Assembly (NCBI GenBank): GCA_017522125.1
Contig: JAFXAC010000059.1
Coordinates: 1-58,650 of the forward strand
Direction: 5' to 3'
Source of the DNA: Clostridia bacterium
Lineage (GTDB): Bacteria; Bacillota; Clostridia; Oscillospirales; CAG-272
Length of the DNA: 58,650 nt
Made by a program: the position numbers and the translations under genes. Position 1 is the stretch's first letter; every line of letters begins with the position of its first letter. Shown piece after piece: positions 20,176-28,558 of this stretch. Below the pieces are notes generated by a model, which was not told the origin of the DNA, did no database searches, and was given only the letters and a program-made list of their open reading frames with translations.

Positions 20176-20582
20176 AAAACAGAAGCCGTATGCGTGATGT
20201 CCTTAACGGACAAATCACGCATCGAGATAATCCCTAACGGGATTTTCGATATGTTGCTAGCGCAACTCGATATGCCTACGGCTCGATATGTTTGCTCCGC
20301 AAACGAGGGATTTATCTCATATCGAATTGGCGCGAAGCGACAATATATCGAGCTTGAACGAAGTGAAAGCATATCGAGTCAACGAAGTTGACATATCGAC
20401 AGAAAGAAAAAACAGAGCAAGAATAGAAGGTTTTATATCCTTTTATCCTTGCTCTTTTCTGCTTGTATAAGGGTTTGGGCTTAGCCCATTTGCGTTTGAC
20501 CCGACAAACGCGATACTCGCACTTAGCGACATTTTTAAATTCTCCGCTAAGAGTATCACCCGTAAGGGCTTCTGTTTTTTAG
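20172..20582. repeat. Composite intergenic element bracketed by a 16-bp perfect inverted repeat (CTAAAAAACAGAAGCC / GGCTTCTGTTTTTTAG)
   Basis: Left arm 20172-20187 overlaps the LCP stop codon. Right arm 20567-20582 ends 4 nt before the esterase stop. The interior holds the TCGATAT/ATATCGA word array (20222-20399) and a hairpin-dense segment (20401-20566). Confidence 0.8.
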
Positions 20583-20585
20583 TTT

Positions 20586-21410
20586 TTATCCAAAGAAGTC
20601 GCGCAGCCACTTTACTGCCAGCTCCACCCAGCACGCGCAATGCGGCACGGGCTTGACGTTTGCGCCCGTCAAATCGTTCGACAGCGCAAGTCCGTGCGGG
20701 CCCTTCGGGAAGATGTGAAGCTCAAAGGGTACGTTCTTCTCGCGCAGAGCCGACGCGTACATAAGCGAGTTCTGTACGGGAACTACCTGATCCTCAAAGG
20801 TATGCCAGAGGAACGCGGGGGGCGTGTCGGTGTCAACGTGGTTTTCAAGCGAGAATTTGTAAATATCCTCCTCGGTCAGCTCCGACTTGTCGGCTCTGCC
20901 CGCAAGGCGGCAGATGGAATTCTTGTGCGCGAACTCACCGCCCGTGATAACGGGGTAGGAAAGGATGGTCGCCGTGGGACGTGCGATGTCGACAGGACAA
21001 TCACCAAGCTCGGCTCTTACCGCGGGGTGCTTCCAGAAAACGCCCGAGCTTGCGGCAAGATGTCCGCCCGCGGAAAAGCCGCAGGTGAAAAGACGGTCGG
21101 GGTCTACGTTATATTTTTCGGCGTTGTCGCGGATGTACTTGATAGCAAGCGCGACCTCGATAGCGGGCGTGTAATCGACCGCACCCGCGCCTACGCTGTA
21201 CATAAGCACGAAAACGTTGTAGCCCTCCTTCAAAAACTGAATGGCAATGGGCTCAGCCTCGCGGCTCGAAAGATACGAATATCCTCCGCCCGGGCAGACG
21301 AGAACTGTAGGAAGCGGCGGGTAGCGAAGCTCGTCGTCGCTCGTAAGCACGTAAGAGGTAAGCGTAGCCTCGGGATGCTTATCCCAAATTTGAACGGTTT
21401 CGTAAAGCAT
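20586..21410 (-). CDS. Alpha/beta hydrolase (esterase/lipase-type)
   Basis: 274 aa. Oxyanion HGGG-like CPGGGY, nucleophile elbow GFSAGGHL and a C-terminal His region, as in carbohydrate/acetyl esterases. Confidence 0.75.
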   Translation of the reverse strand: MLYETVQIWDKHPEATLTSYVLTSDDELRYPPLPTVLVCPGGGYSYLSSREAEPIAIQFLKEGYNVFVLMYSVGAGAVDYTPAIEVALAIKYIRDNAEKYNVDPDRLFTCGFSAGGHLAASSGVFWKHPAVRAELGDCPVDIARPTATILSYPVITGGEFAHKNSICRLAGRADKSELTEEDIYKFSLENHVDTDTPPAFLWHTFEDQVVPVQNSLMYASALREKNVPFELHIFPKGPHGLALSNDLTGANVKPVPHCACWVELAVKWLRDFFG

Positions 21411-21421
21411 GGTATTCTCCT

Positions 21422-23200
21422 TTATTTCATAAGAGCGTCAAGCTCTCTTACTGTTTCATCAAAAAGCTTCATAGCATCCGCGACGGCATCGGGGCGCGTC
21501 AGGTCAACGCCCGCGACCTTAAGCTCCTCAAGCGGATAGTCCGAGCCGCCGAGCGTAAGGAATTTCTTGTAGCCCGAAATATCGCCGCCCTCGGCTATCT
21601 TGCCCGCGATAGCGACCGCACTGCAAAAGCCCGTGGCGTACTGATAAACGTAGAACGCGCGGTAGAAATGCGGAACGTACGACCACTCGTAGCGCATAAT
21701 ATCGTTTATACTTGCGCCCTCGTAATAATCGGAAACAAGGCTGTGGTACAGCTCGGAGAGGCTGTCCGCGGTAAGCGGCTGACCTGCTTCGTACATTTCG
21801 TGCGCGCGAAGCTCGAACTCCGCAAAGAGCGTCTGACGGAACACGGTGGTACGGAAGCCCTCAAGGAAGCGGTTGAGAATATACGCGCGGCGCTTTTCGT
21901 CCGTCTCCTTTTTAAGAAGATGCTTGATAAGAAGCACCTCGTTGACGGTCGACGCGACCTCGGCTACCATTATGCGATAATCGTGGTTGGGGTAGTCCTG
22001 CGTGTTATCGGAATAGTACGAATGCATCGAATGTCCAAGCTCGTGTGCGAGCGTAAAGGCATCGTCGAGCGTGTCGGTGTAGTTGAGAAGAACGTAGGGG
22101 TGAACGCCGTAAACTCCGCAGGAGAATGCGCCCGAGCTTTTGCCCTTGCTCTCGTAAACGTCTATCCAGCCCTCGTTATAGGCTCTGTCAAGAAGCGCGG
22201 CATAGTCCTCGCCAAGAGGCGCAAGCGCCTCCTTTACAAGCGCCTTTGCGCTCTCGTAGGGCATAGGATACTCCACGCCGTCCACCATAGGAACGTAAAG
22301 GTCGAAAAGGTCTATCTGCTCCTTGCCCATCACCCTTGCCCTGAGGTCGAGGTATTTTCTCATCGTGGGCAATGCGCCGCGCACGGCGGCGATAAGCGAA
22401 TCGTAGACGGATATCGGCACGTTGCCGCCCGAAAGCGCGGCGTGGCACGCGGAGTCATAGCCCCTCGTTTTTGCCTCGAAGCAATCAAGCTTCACCGAGC
22501 CTGCGTAGGTCGCGGCAAAGGTGTTTTTAAATCTCTTATACTCGCCAAAATATTTATTGAACGCGTCCTCGCGCACGGCGCGGCACTTGCTCTCACGGTA
22601 AACGCCGAACGTCCCCGCTGTCAGCGGAAGCTCCTCGCCATTCTCGCCCGTAACGGCGGGAAACTCAAGGTCAACGCCCGAAAGCATCGTAAAGCAATCG
22701 TTGGGGGTCTGTGCCGCCTCGCCGAGCGACGCGAGAAGTGCCTCCCTGCCCTCGTCGAGAATATGCTCCGAGGAGCGAATGAGGTCCTCTATCTTGAATT
22801 TATAGGTTGCAAGGCGAGCCTCGTCAGCAAGATACGCGCGGAGCGTGTCCGCACCCGCCGCGAGCATTTCGGGGTCGGCAAACGCTACCGCCGTGCTGAA
22901 CTTAACGTAGAGCGACATCGCCCTGCCCTGCATCACCTGATATTCCGAGGAGGAATTGTCGCTCTCCTTGTGGAGCATTGCGTAGATATACACGCGGTTC
23001 ACCTTCTCGGCGGCGGCATATATCGCGTCAAGTCCGTCGGCAAGTGCGCTCGCGGACGCGGCAAGACTGCCGCGCAACGCCGAAAGCCCCTCCACCATAG
23101 CGTCGGCGGCACTCATATCCGCCTCCCACGCGTTGGCGTCGGGGTATATAGCCTCAAGCTCCCACATAAACTGCGGGTCCATTTCTTTTCTTGTTTTCAT
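21422..23200 (-). CDS. pepF: Oligoendopeptidase F (M3B family)
   Basis: 592 aa. Zinc motif HELGHSMH and overall M3B layout. Confidence 0.9.
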   Translation of the reverse strand: MKTRKEMDPQFMWELEAIYPDANAWEADMSAADAMVEGLSALRGSLAASASALADGLDAIYAAAEKVNRVYIYAMLHKESDNSSSEYQVMQGRAMSLYVKFSTAVAFADPEMLAAGADTLRAYLADEARLATYKFKIEDLIRSSEHILDEGREALLASLGEAAQTPNDCFTMLSGVDLEFPAVTGENGEELPLTAGTFGVYRESKCRAVREDAFNKYFGEYKRFKNTFAATYAGSVKLDCFEAKTRGYDSACHAALSGGNVPISVYDSLIAAVRGALPTMRKYLDLRARVMGKEQIDLFDLYVPMVDGVEYPMPYESAKALVKEALAPLGEDYAALLDRAYNEGWIDVYESKGKSSGAFSCGVYGVHPYVLLNYTDTLDDAFTLAHELGHSMHSYYSDNTQDYPNHDYRIMVAEVASTVNEVLLIKHLLKKETDEKRRAYILNRFLEGFRTTVFRQTLFAEFELRAHEMYEAGQPLTADSLSELYHSLVSDYYEGASINDIMRYEWSYVPHFYRAFYVYQYATGFCSAVAIAGKIAEGGDISGYKKFLTLGGSDYPLEELKVAGVDLTRPDAVADAMKLFDETVRELDALMK

Positions 23201-23264
23201 AATAACCTCTTTTTAGTGTAGTAGAAATTCGGCGAAGCTGTAGCTCCGCCGATGAATATATAAA

Positions 23265-23801
23265 TCAGTAAAGCCTGCCACGTCGCATCGCCCACGCCTC
23301 GATAAAAATTGCCACCATTATGAGCAGTACGGAAAGCTCGGGCAGGAAAGCAATAAAGTCTGCGGGAGGCGAGAGAAAGATATCCTGCACGAAAACGTGA
23401 AAGAGAAACGGCAGTGCGCACATCAGCATAAGCGGTATGCGGCTGCCAAGCACTCCGTGAACGGTCAGAATATACACGAGCGCGAATGCGGCGTAAAGCG
23501 CCATGCAGAAAACGCAGTGCCACAGGGAAAAATCAAGCGATTTGAGCATAAAAAACAGCACGCCGAAAAGCATTGGCCACACCGTCGGCACAAGGCTGTT
23601 TTTTCTTGACATAAGCATAATTCCCATCACCGCACAACAGCCGACGGGAAGCAAAATATGGATCAAAACGGTCGGCACGTCAAGCGCAACGCCCGAAATT
23701 AAAAAATATATTCCACGAATTATCGCCGATGCAAACAGTAAAAGCGCGGCTGTGTAAGCAAACGGCGAGTCATGCGATAGAGTTCTTCTGTTGTATGACA
23801 T
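23265..23801 (-). CDS. Small polytopic membrane protein of unknown function (about 5-6 TM segments)
   Basis: Hydrophobic ORF. Start placed at the ATG at 23801 (GGTGGA RBS). It is preceded by a promoter overlapped by two NrdR-box-like palindromes. Confidence 0.5.
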   Translation of the reverse strand: MSYNRRTLSHDSPFAYTAALLLFASAIIRGIYFLISGVALDVPTVLIHILLPVGCCAVMGIMLMSRKNSLVPTVWPMLFGVLFFMLKSLDFSLWHCVFCMALYAAFALVYILTVHGVLGSRIPLMLMCALPFLFHVFVQDIFLSPPADFIAFLPELSVLLIMVAIFIEAWAMRRGRLY

Positions 23802-23826
23802 ATTATCCACCCAATAATACAGTATA

Positions 23827-23842
23827 ACACAATATATTGTAC
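23827..23842. promoter_or_regulatory. NrdR-box-like palindrome (ACACAATATATTGTAC) overlapping the -10 element
   Basis: 14/16 match to the palindromic NrdR box consensus acaCwAtATaTwGtgt, and close to the three boxes upstream of nrdD in this window. Confidence 0.6.
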
Positions 23843-23864
23843 AACAAGCGCGATAATTTGTCAA
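23836..23864 (-). promoter_or_regulatory. Sigma-A type promoter (TTGACA-17-TACAAT) for the 23265..23801 gene
   Basis: On the minus strand, TTGACA (23864-23859), 17-nt spacer, TACAAT (23841-23836). Each hexamer lies inside an NrdR-like box. Confidence 0.55.
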
Positions 23865-23874
23865 TATATAGTTT
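23859..23874. promoter_or_regulatory. NrdR-box-like palindrome (minus strand AAACTATATATTGACA) overlapping the -35 element
   Basis: Shares the 14-nt string AAAACTATATATTG with the distal nrdD box. Its centre is 32 bp from the box at 23827-23842. Confidence 0.55.
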
Positions 23875-23892
23875 TCAAATTAGTCATTATGC

Positions 23893-23931
23893 AAAAAAAA
23901 TTTGGTACGGTTGCACAAGTGCAACCGTACC
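23893..23931 (-). terminator. Intrinsic terminator of the ABC/GldG/DUF4340-like operon
   Basis: GGTACGGTTGCAC/GTGCAACCGTACC stem, followed on the minus strand by a T-rich run (AAATTTTTTTT). Confidence 0.75.
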
Positions 23932-23937
23932 GTTTTA

Positions 23938-26160
23938 TCAATATTTCGAGGTGGAATTGACAGCCTCTCCCTTGATGACTCGGAGCGCATCGGCGGCTAT
24001 CTTGTCCGTGAAGCTGCGAAGAACGTAAAACTCGCCGTCCGCGCCGTTTATGGTTATCATAGCGCGGCGCTCGGAGTACGGATAAAACCTGTATTCCATA
24101 CTAACGCCCTTGTAGCTCGTTTCCACCGTGAGCTTTACCGAGTAGCCCTCGTCGGGCTTTGCAAGGATATCCGCTATCTGCTCCTCGGTGAGTGCAAAAT
24201 CGCCCTCTCGCACCGAGCCCTCTATGGTGGCGTGAAGTATCGAAACGTAAAAGCGTCTGAATATCTCCGTGCCGTATCGCAGATACACGTTCGACTTGCC
24301 CGACGGCTCAACGATAGTAAGCGTGTTCGCGCCGACGGAAACGAGCGTGCCGTCCTTGCCCTCTATCTGACCGAGAAGCACCACCACCGTCTGACCGATG
24401 GCGTTCGTGTCAAGGTATCCGTCGTTAACTATCTCAACGGATTTGCCGTTTGCGTCCTTTACCGTTATCGTGTCCTCGTCAATGGTCCAAACGTAGCCAC
24501 TCTTGTCCGTTACGGTGTAGCTTGTAATGCTCGACATTTTATTGCCCTTGCTGTCGTAAGCATAGACCTTGAGCTTTTCGGAGGAAATGCTGTTTTCCTT
24601 CTTCGCGCTCTCCGAGCAATTCGGATTAGTGATAGAATCGGACTCGGAGTTGTCAAGCACGAAGGTAAACACGTCCTCGGGCGTTTCGAGCGTTATTTTA
24701 TTTATCCACGCTATATTGTAATCGAAATATTCCTCGGTTATCCAATCCACAAGGCTGTATTCGAGGAACAAAAGCTCGCCGCGGCTGACCTCAAGCACCA
24801 TATCGTAAAGCGAGGATATAATATAGTACGTACCCGCCTCGGTCAGCTTGGAAACGAAAACGTAATGCTCAACGTCGCTATACTCGAAGTAAATAAGGTA
24901 TTCGGGATTTGAAAGACCGTATTTGTCCACGTCCTGCTCGGTGTATTTTACGTCCACAACGCGCAAGAACTTCATATTGTAGATGGACGAAAGCGCGTTT
25001 TTCACCGCCGCGTCGCTGACGTTATACCCCTTCGGGTAGTGGAGCTTGTAGGCGTAGCTGCTGTAAAGCGTGCCCTGACGGTCCGCCATATCCCAATACG
25101 AGAAGCTGACAAGCGGCATTCCGTCCTCGGTGGTCGAGTCCGTGCCGTCCTTCAGAGCTTCAGCCTCAAAGATCGAAAACTTATCGACCTTGACGTAGGA
25201 ATACATATCGAGTGGAACCGTTATCGAGGGACTTATATAACGCTCGACGGGGCAAGCGATAAGATTGTCCTCGGATTCTATCTTCTCAAACGTCGGCTCG
25301 TAGTATTCGACAAGCGCGGTATCGTTCTCGTCAAGCGCGTAGTTCATAATGTAAACGCAATCGCGCTCGGCGTATTTTGCGTAGTAGCCCGAGCCGTCGG
25401 GGGCGGCGTCGCCAACGTAAACGGTATACATATTGCCCCTTGAGTCGGTAATTCGGTACCACATCGGCTTGTGCACGTACTCGTTGCCGTCGTCGTCAAC
25501 GCGCACCTGCTCGGTAAGACCGTACTCGGCGTAATCGCCGTTTTCGTCCTTGATGGGGTCGGTGACCTTGTATCTCGTAAGCGAATAGCCGCAGTTACCC
25601 GCAACACACTCAAAAAGCGCGTTTGAAACGGGGAAATCCTCGTATCCCCTTATCTGTATTTTGTTATCCTTATCGCGGTAGAACTCAAACTGACCGCTAT
25701 CGTTGCATATCGTAAGCTCCTGTATATCGTCGTTTTCGATATACTCAAACATCTGAAAGCGTCCTATCGAGGTCGTATATATCTCCTGTGCGTCCTCGGT
25801 ATCCACAATAGCCACGGTCTTGCACGCGCCCGATTTTTCATCGACCTCGACGAGCGTACCCGCCGCGGTGCTGAAATATCCGTCGGGAGTTACGGGGAGA
25901 GTATATCCGTCCGCATCACAGAGGACGAACTCGCCCTCCTTTTCCTTAACGTAGTACCTTGCTCCGTCAAGCTCGTCGGTATACACTATCCTGCCGACGA
26001 AATAGCTGACAAGTCCAAGCGCTATAGCGAGAAGCACCGTCAGCACGCCGATAATTATTATCGCGCGCTTTTGTGCGCGAAGCGTGGAACGGCGGCGGCG
26101 TTTGCGGCTGACGCTTGCACCTACCGAAGCATCGTATGAATATTTACTGTTATTATCCAT
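23938..26160 (-). CDS. Large extracytoplasmic protein with N-terminal TM anchor (DUF4340-like accessory protein of the GldG-type ABC module)
   Basis: 740 aa, one N-terminal TM segment. Its start overlaps the GldG-like gene stop by 1 nt. The family assignment rests on position in the conserved ABC/ABC-2/GldG/DUF4340 gene order, not on a recognised motif. Confidence 0.5.
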   Translation of the reverse strand: MDNNSKYSYDASVGASVSRKRRRRSTLRAQKRAIIIIGVLTVLLAIALGLVSYFVGRIVYTDELDGARYYVKEKEGEFVLCDADGYTLPVTPDGYFSTAAGTLVEVDEKSGACKTVAIVDTEDAQEIYTTSIGRFQMFEYIENDDIQELTICNDSGQFEFYRDKDNKIQIRGYEDFPVSNALFECVAGNCGYSLTRYKVTDPIKDENGDYAEYGLTEQVRVDDDGNEYVHKPMWYRITDSRGNMYTVYVGDAAPDGSGYYAKYAERDCVYIMNYALDENDTALVEYYEPTFEKIESEDNLIACPVERYISPSITVPLDMYSYVKVDKFSIFEAEALKDGTDSTTEDGMPLVSFSYWDMADRQGTLYSSYAYKLHYPKGYNVSDAAVKNALSSIYNMKFLRVVDVKYTEQDVDKYGLSNPEYLIYFEYSDVEHYVFVSKLTEAGTYYIISSLYDMVLEVSRGELLFLEYSLVDWITEEYFDYNIAWINKITLETPEDVFTFVLDNSESDSITNPNCSESAKKENSISSEKLKVYAYDSKGNKMSSITSYTVTDKSGYVWTIDEDTITVKDANGKSVEIVNDGYLDTNAIGQTVVVLLGQIEGKDGTLVSVGANTLTIVEPSGKSNVYLRYGTEIFRRFYVSILHATIEGSVREGDFALTEEQIADILAKPDEGYSVKLTVETSYKGVSMEYRFYPYSERRAMITINGADGEFYVLRSFTDKIAADALRVIKGEAVNSTSKY

Positions 26161-27755
26161 TACGCGTTCTTTCTCCTAACAAGCACGAAAATGCCACAGC
26201 CCAGCGCAGCGACCGCAGGAATAATAACGAGTACGGCGGTGTATCTGTTTGCGGTAGCCGCAGTAATGCTTGATATCTCAAGGCTTGCGAACGGCTTGTG
26301 GGCGATATCCACCACTACAAGCTCGTGTCCCATGGAACGGAATGCGCCGAGCATAACGTCCGAGTTTGCGTATGCGTTGGTGTATACGACCTCGGGGGAC
26401 AAAAACTCGGTCGAGCCGCACGCGATAACGTGCGTATGCTCAAAGCTATCACCCACGCCGTGGCTCTCACGCGTGACCGTCATAAGATTATAGAGCGAAT
26501 TGGAGCTTGCGTATCCTACCTCGTTGCCGCCGACCACGACGCTTGCGTTCTCGCTTGAGGTAAAGACGTTGTAAATGGAACGGCTGATGCCGTTAGCCTC
26601 GTAGCTTCCGTAGATGTAGTTCTTGTACTTATCGTAAGAGGGATCGTCCTCAACGGTGCCGAAGCGCACGGGATCGTAGGTAAAGTTTATCGGCATAGCG
26701 TTGCGGAAAACGGCAAGCGGATATACCTCGTTCTTGCGAAGAACGGAGTGCATCGACGCGCCGACGCCCATTTCGGCGTATTTTGCAACGACGGAGAAGC
26801 CGTCGCCCGTCAGGGAGTTTTCAAGCGGCTCCTTTACCGTAGTGCCGCTGACGAGTCCGTCGGGCGCTTTGTAGCGGTCAAACTCTATTCCCCACTCCAC
26901 AAGATATTCCTCAAAATGAGGAAGCACGGGGGTGGTGGGGTCGACAAAGAGCATAAGCGCGTTTGCGCCGTCAAGGAATTTATCGAGCTTTTCTATCTCG
27001 GATATCTCCGAAATATTGTCGCGCACGAGAAGATCCTCTTGCGGGTCGTAAACGACTATCATTCGGCAATCGGCGGGGATCTCCTCGGTCGCAAGGTTGA
27101 GAAGCTGTACCTCGTAGCCCGCATCGTAAAGCAGATTACCGAGCGGAGTCGCAAGGAGCGCCTCCTTAGTCGTAAAGGGCTCGCCGTGGTTATTCGTAAC
27201 GCACGCGATGGGTGCCTTTGCCATAGTTACGGCAAGCATACCCGTGATCAGCTTATTCTCGCCGTTATACGTCCAGGGCGTAGTGCTGTTATCGTTGTAG
27301 CCGTACATCGCCTCGTAGGAGTATATCCTATACTCCGAGCCCGAGTAAACGATGATGTTCGTGGTGTATATATTTGATTTCGACGTGGTCTTGAATCTGT
27401 TGACCGCGGTGGGATTGCGCAATATATTTACCGTTTCAACGTGGATATACTCGTTAAGCTCGGCAAGATTTAGCGCGGTATTGTAAACGTAGAAAAGATA
27501 GTCGTTCTCCGCGAGATTGTCGGGGTCGTCGCAGAAAAGCACCGTAACGTCACTCTTTATCTCCTTTACAGCCTCTATCGCGCTGTCGGAGAGCGTGTAT
27601 ATCTCCTCGGGGGTGAGGTCGGTATACCACATAAATTTCGCCGCGAGTGCGGAGAAAACGGAGTTAAACAGTATCACCGCCGCAATAACGAAAACGGTAA
27701 GAACGGTCGATATCGCGCCGTGCTTGAAACGGCGAGAGGAAAGTCCGCTATTCAT
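26160..27755 (-). CDS. GldG-like ABC-transporter auxiliary protein (ABC-type uncharacterized transport system domain)
   Basis: 531 aa with TM anchors at both termini and a large external domain, located directly after the ABC-2 permease. Confidence 0.6.
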   Translation of the reverse strand: MNSGLSSRRFKHGAISTVLTVFVIAAVILFNSVFSALAAKFMWYTDLTPEEIYTLSDSAIEAVKEIKSDVTVLFCDDPDNLAENDYLFYVYNTALNLAELNEYIHVETVNILRNPTAVNRFKTTSKSNIYTTNIIVYSGSEYRIYSYEAMYGYNDNSTTPWTYNGENKLITGMLAVTMAKAPIACVTNNHGEPFTTKEALLATPLGNLLYDAGYEVQLLNLATEEIPADCRMIVVYDPQEDLLVRDNISEISEIEKLDKFLDGANALMLFVDPTTPVLPHFEEYLVEWGIEFDRYKAPDGLVSGTTVKEPLENSLTGDGFSVVAKYAEMGVGASMHSVLRKNEVYPLAVFRNAMPINFTYDPVRFGTVEDDPSYDKYKNYIYGSYEANGISRSIYNVFTSSENASVVVGGNEVGYASSNSLYNLMTVTRESHGVGDSFEHTHVIACGSTEFLSPEVVYTNAYANSDVMLGAFRSMGHELVVVDIAHKPFASLEISSITAATANRYTAVLVIIPAVAALGCGIFVLVRRKNA

Positions 27756-27770
27756 TTTTCGCGCCCCCTT

Positions 27771-28541
27771 TCACGCCCAACGGCGACGCTCGTAAATGCG
27801 TACCGTAAGGAAAAGGAATACGAAAACGAGCGAGCAGTAGTAAAGCATCGCAGACCAATCAAGATATCCCGCGCGGAAATAATCGTACCTTGAAACGACG
27901 CTTATCCAATCTATAACGTATCTTACGGCATAGTTGTTTATAAGGCGAGTGCCTGCCTCCTCGCTACCGATGGAGTTGAGGACGTTAAGCACGAGCATCA
28001 GCGCAAGCACGCCGATGGTGATAACCGCGGCGGAAAGCTGATTTTCCGTAAGCGCGGAAACGAAAACGCCGATAGCGATAAACACCGCACCGATGAAAAG
28101 CACGCCCAAAAACTGACCGATTATTTCGGGGGTGGACGGGCCTACGGGAATGGACGACTCCTCAAGCGCTCTGTCGCGCGCGCCCATAATATAAAGAGGA
28201 ATGAGATTTACGCAAGAGGCAAGAAGCGCACCGCCGAAAAGAGAGAGCGCGGCAAAAAACTTACCAAGCACCATACCCGTAATGGAAACGGGGGCGGTCA
28301 GGAGCATCTGCTCCGTGCGCATTTTGCGCTCCTCGGCAAACGTGCGCATAGTGAGAAGCGGAATGATGATTATCATAACGAGTATCATCAGATAGAAGAA
28401 CGATGCCGTATCGTAAGAGCGGCTTTGCAACGTGGTGTAGGTGCAAAGTCCCGCCGCGATGGTCAGGAAAACTCCGAGAAAAACGTATCCTACGGGGTTG
28501 ATAAAATAGGAACGCATCTCCTTTTTATATATTGCAAGCAC
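27771..28541 (-). CDS. ABC-2 type transporter permease (GldF-like)
   Basis: 256 aa with 6 predicted TM helices, adjacent to the ABC ATPase. Confidence 0.75.
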   Translation of the reverse strand: MLAIYKKEMRSYFINPVGYVFLGVFLTIAAGLCTYTTLQSRSYDTASFFYLMILVMIIIIPLLTMRTFAEERKMRTEQMLLTAPVSITGMVLGKFFAALSLFGGALLASCVNLIPLYIMGARDRALEESSIPVGPSTPEIIGQFLGVLFIGAVFIAIGVFVSALTENQLSAAVITIGVLALMLVLNVLNSIGSEEAGTRLINNYAVRYVIDWISVVSRYDYFRAGYLDWSAMLYYCSLVFVFLFLTVRIYERRRWA

Positions 28542-28558
28542 AGCGTCATCCTCCTTCC

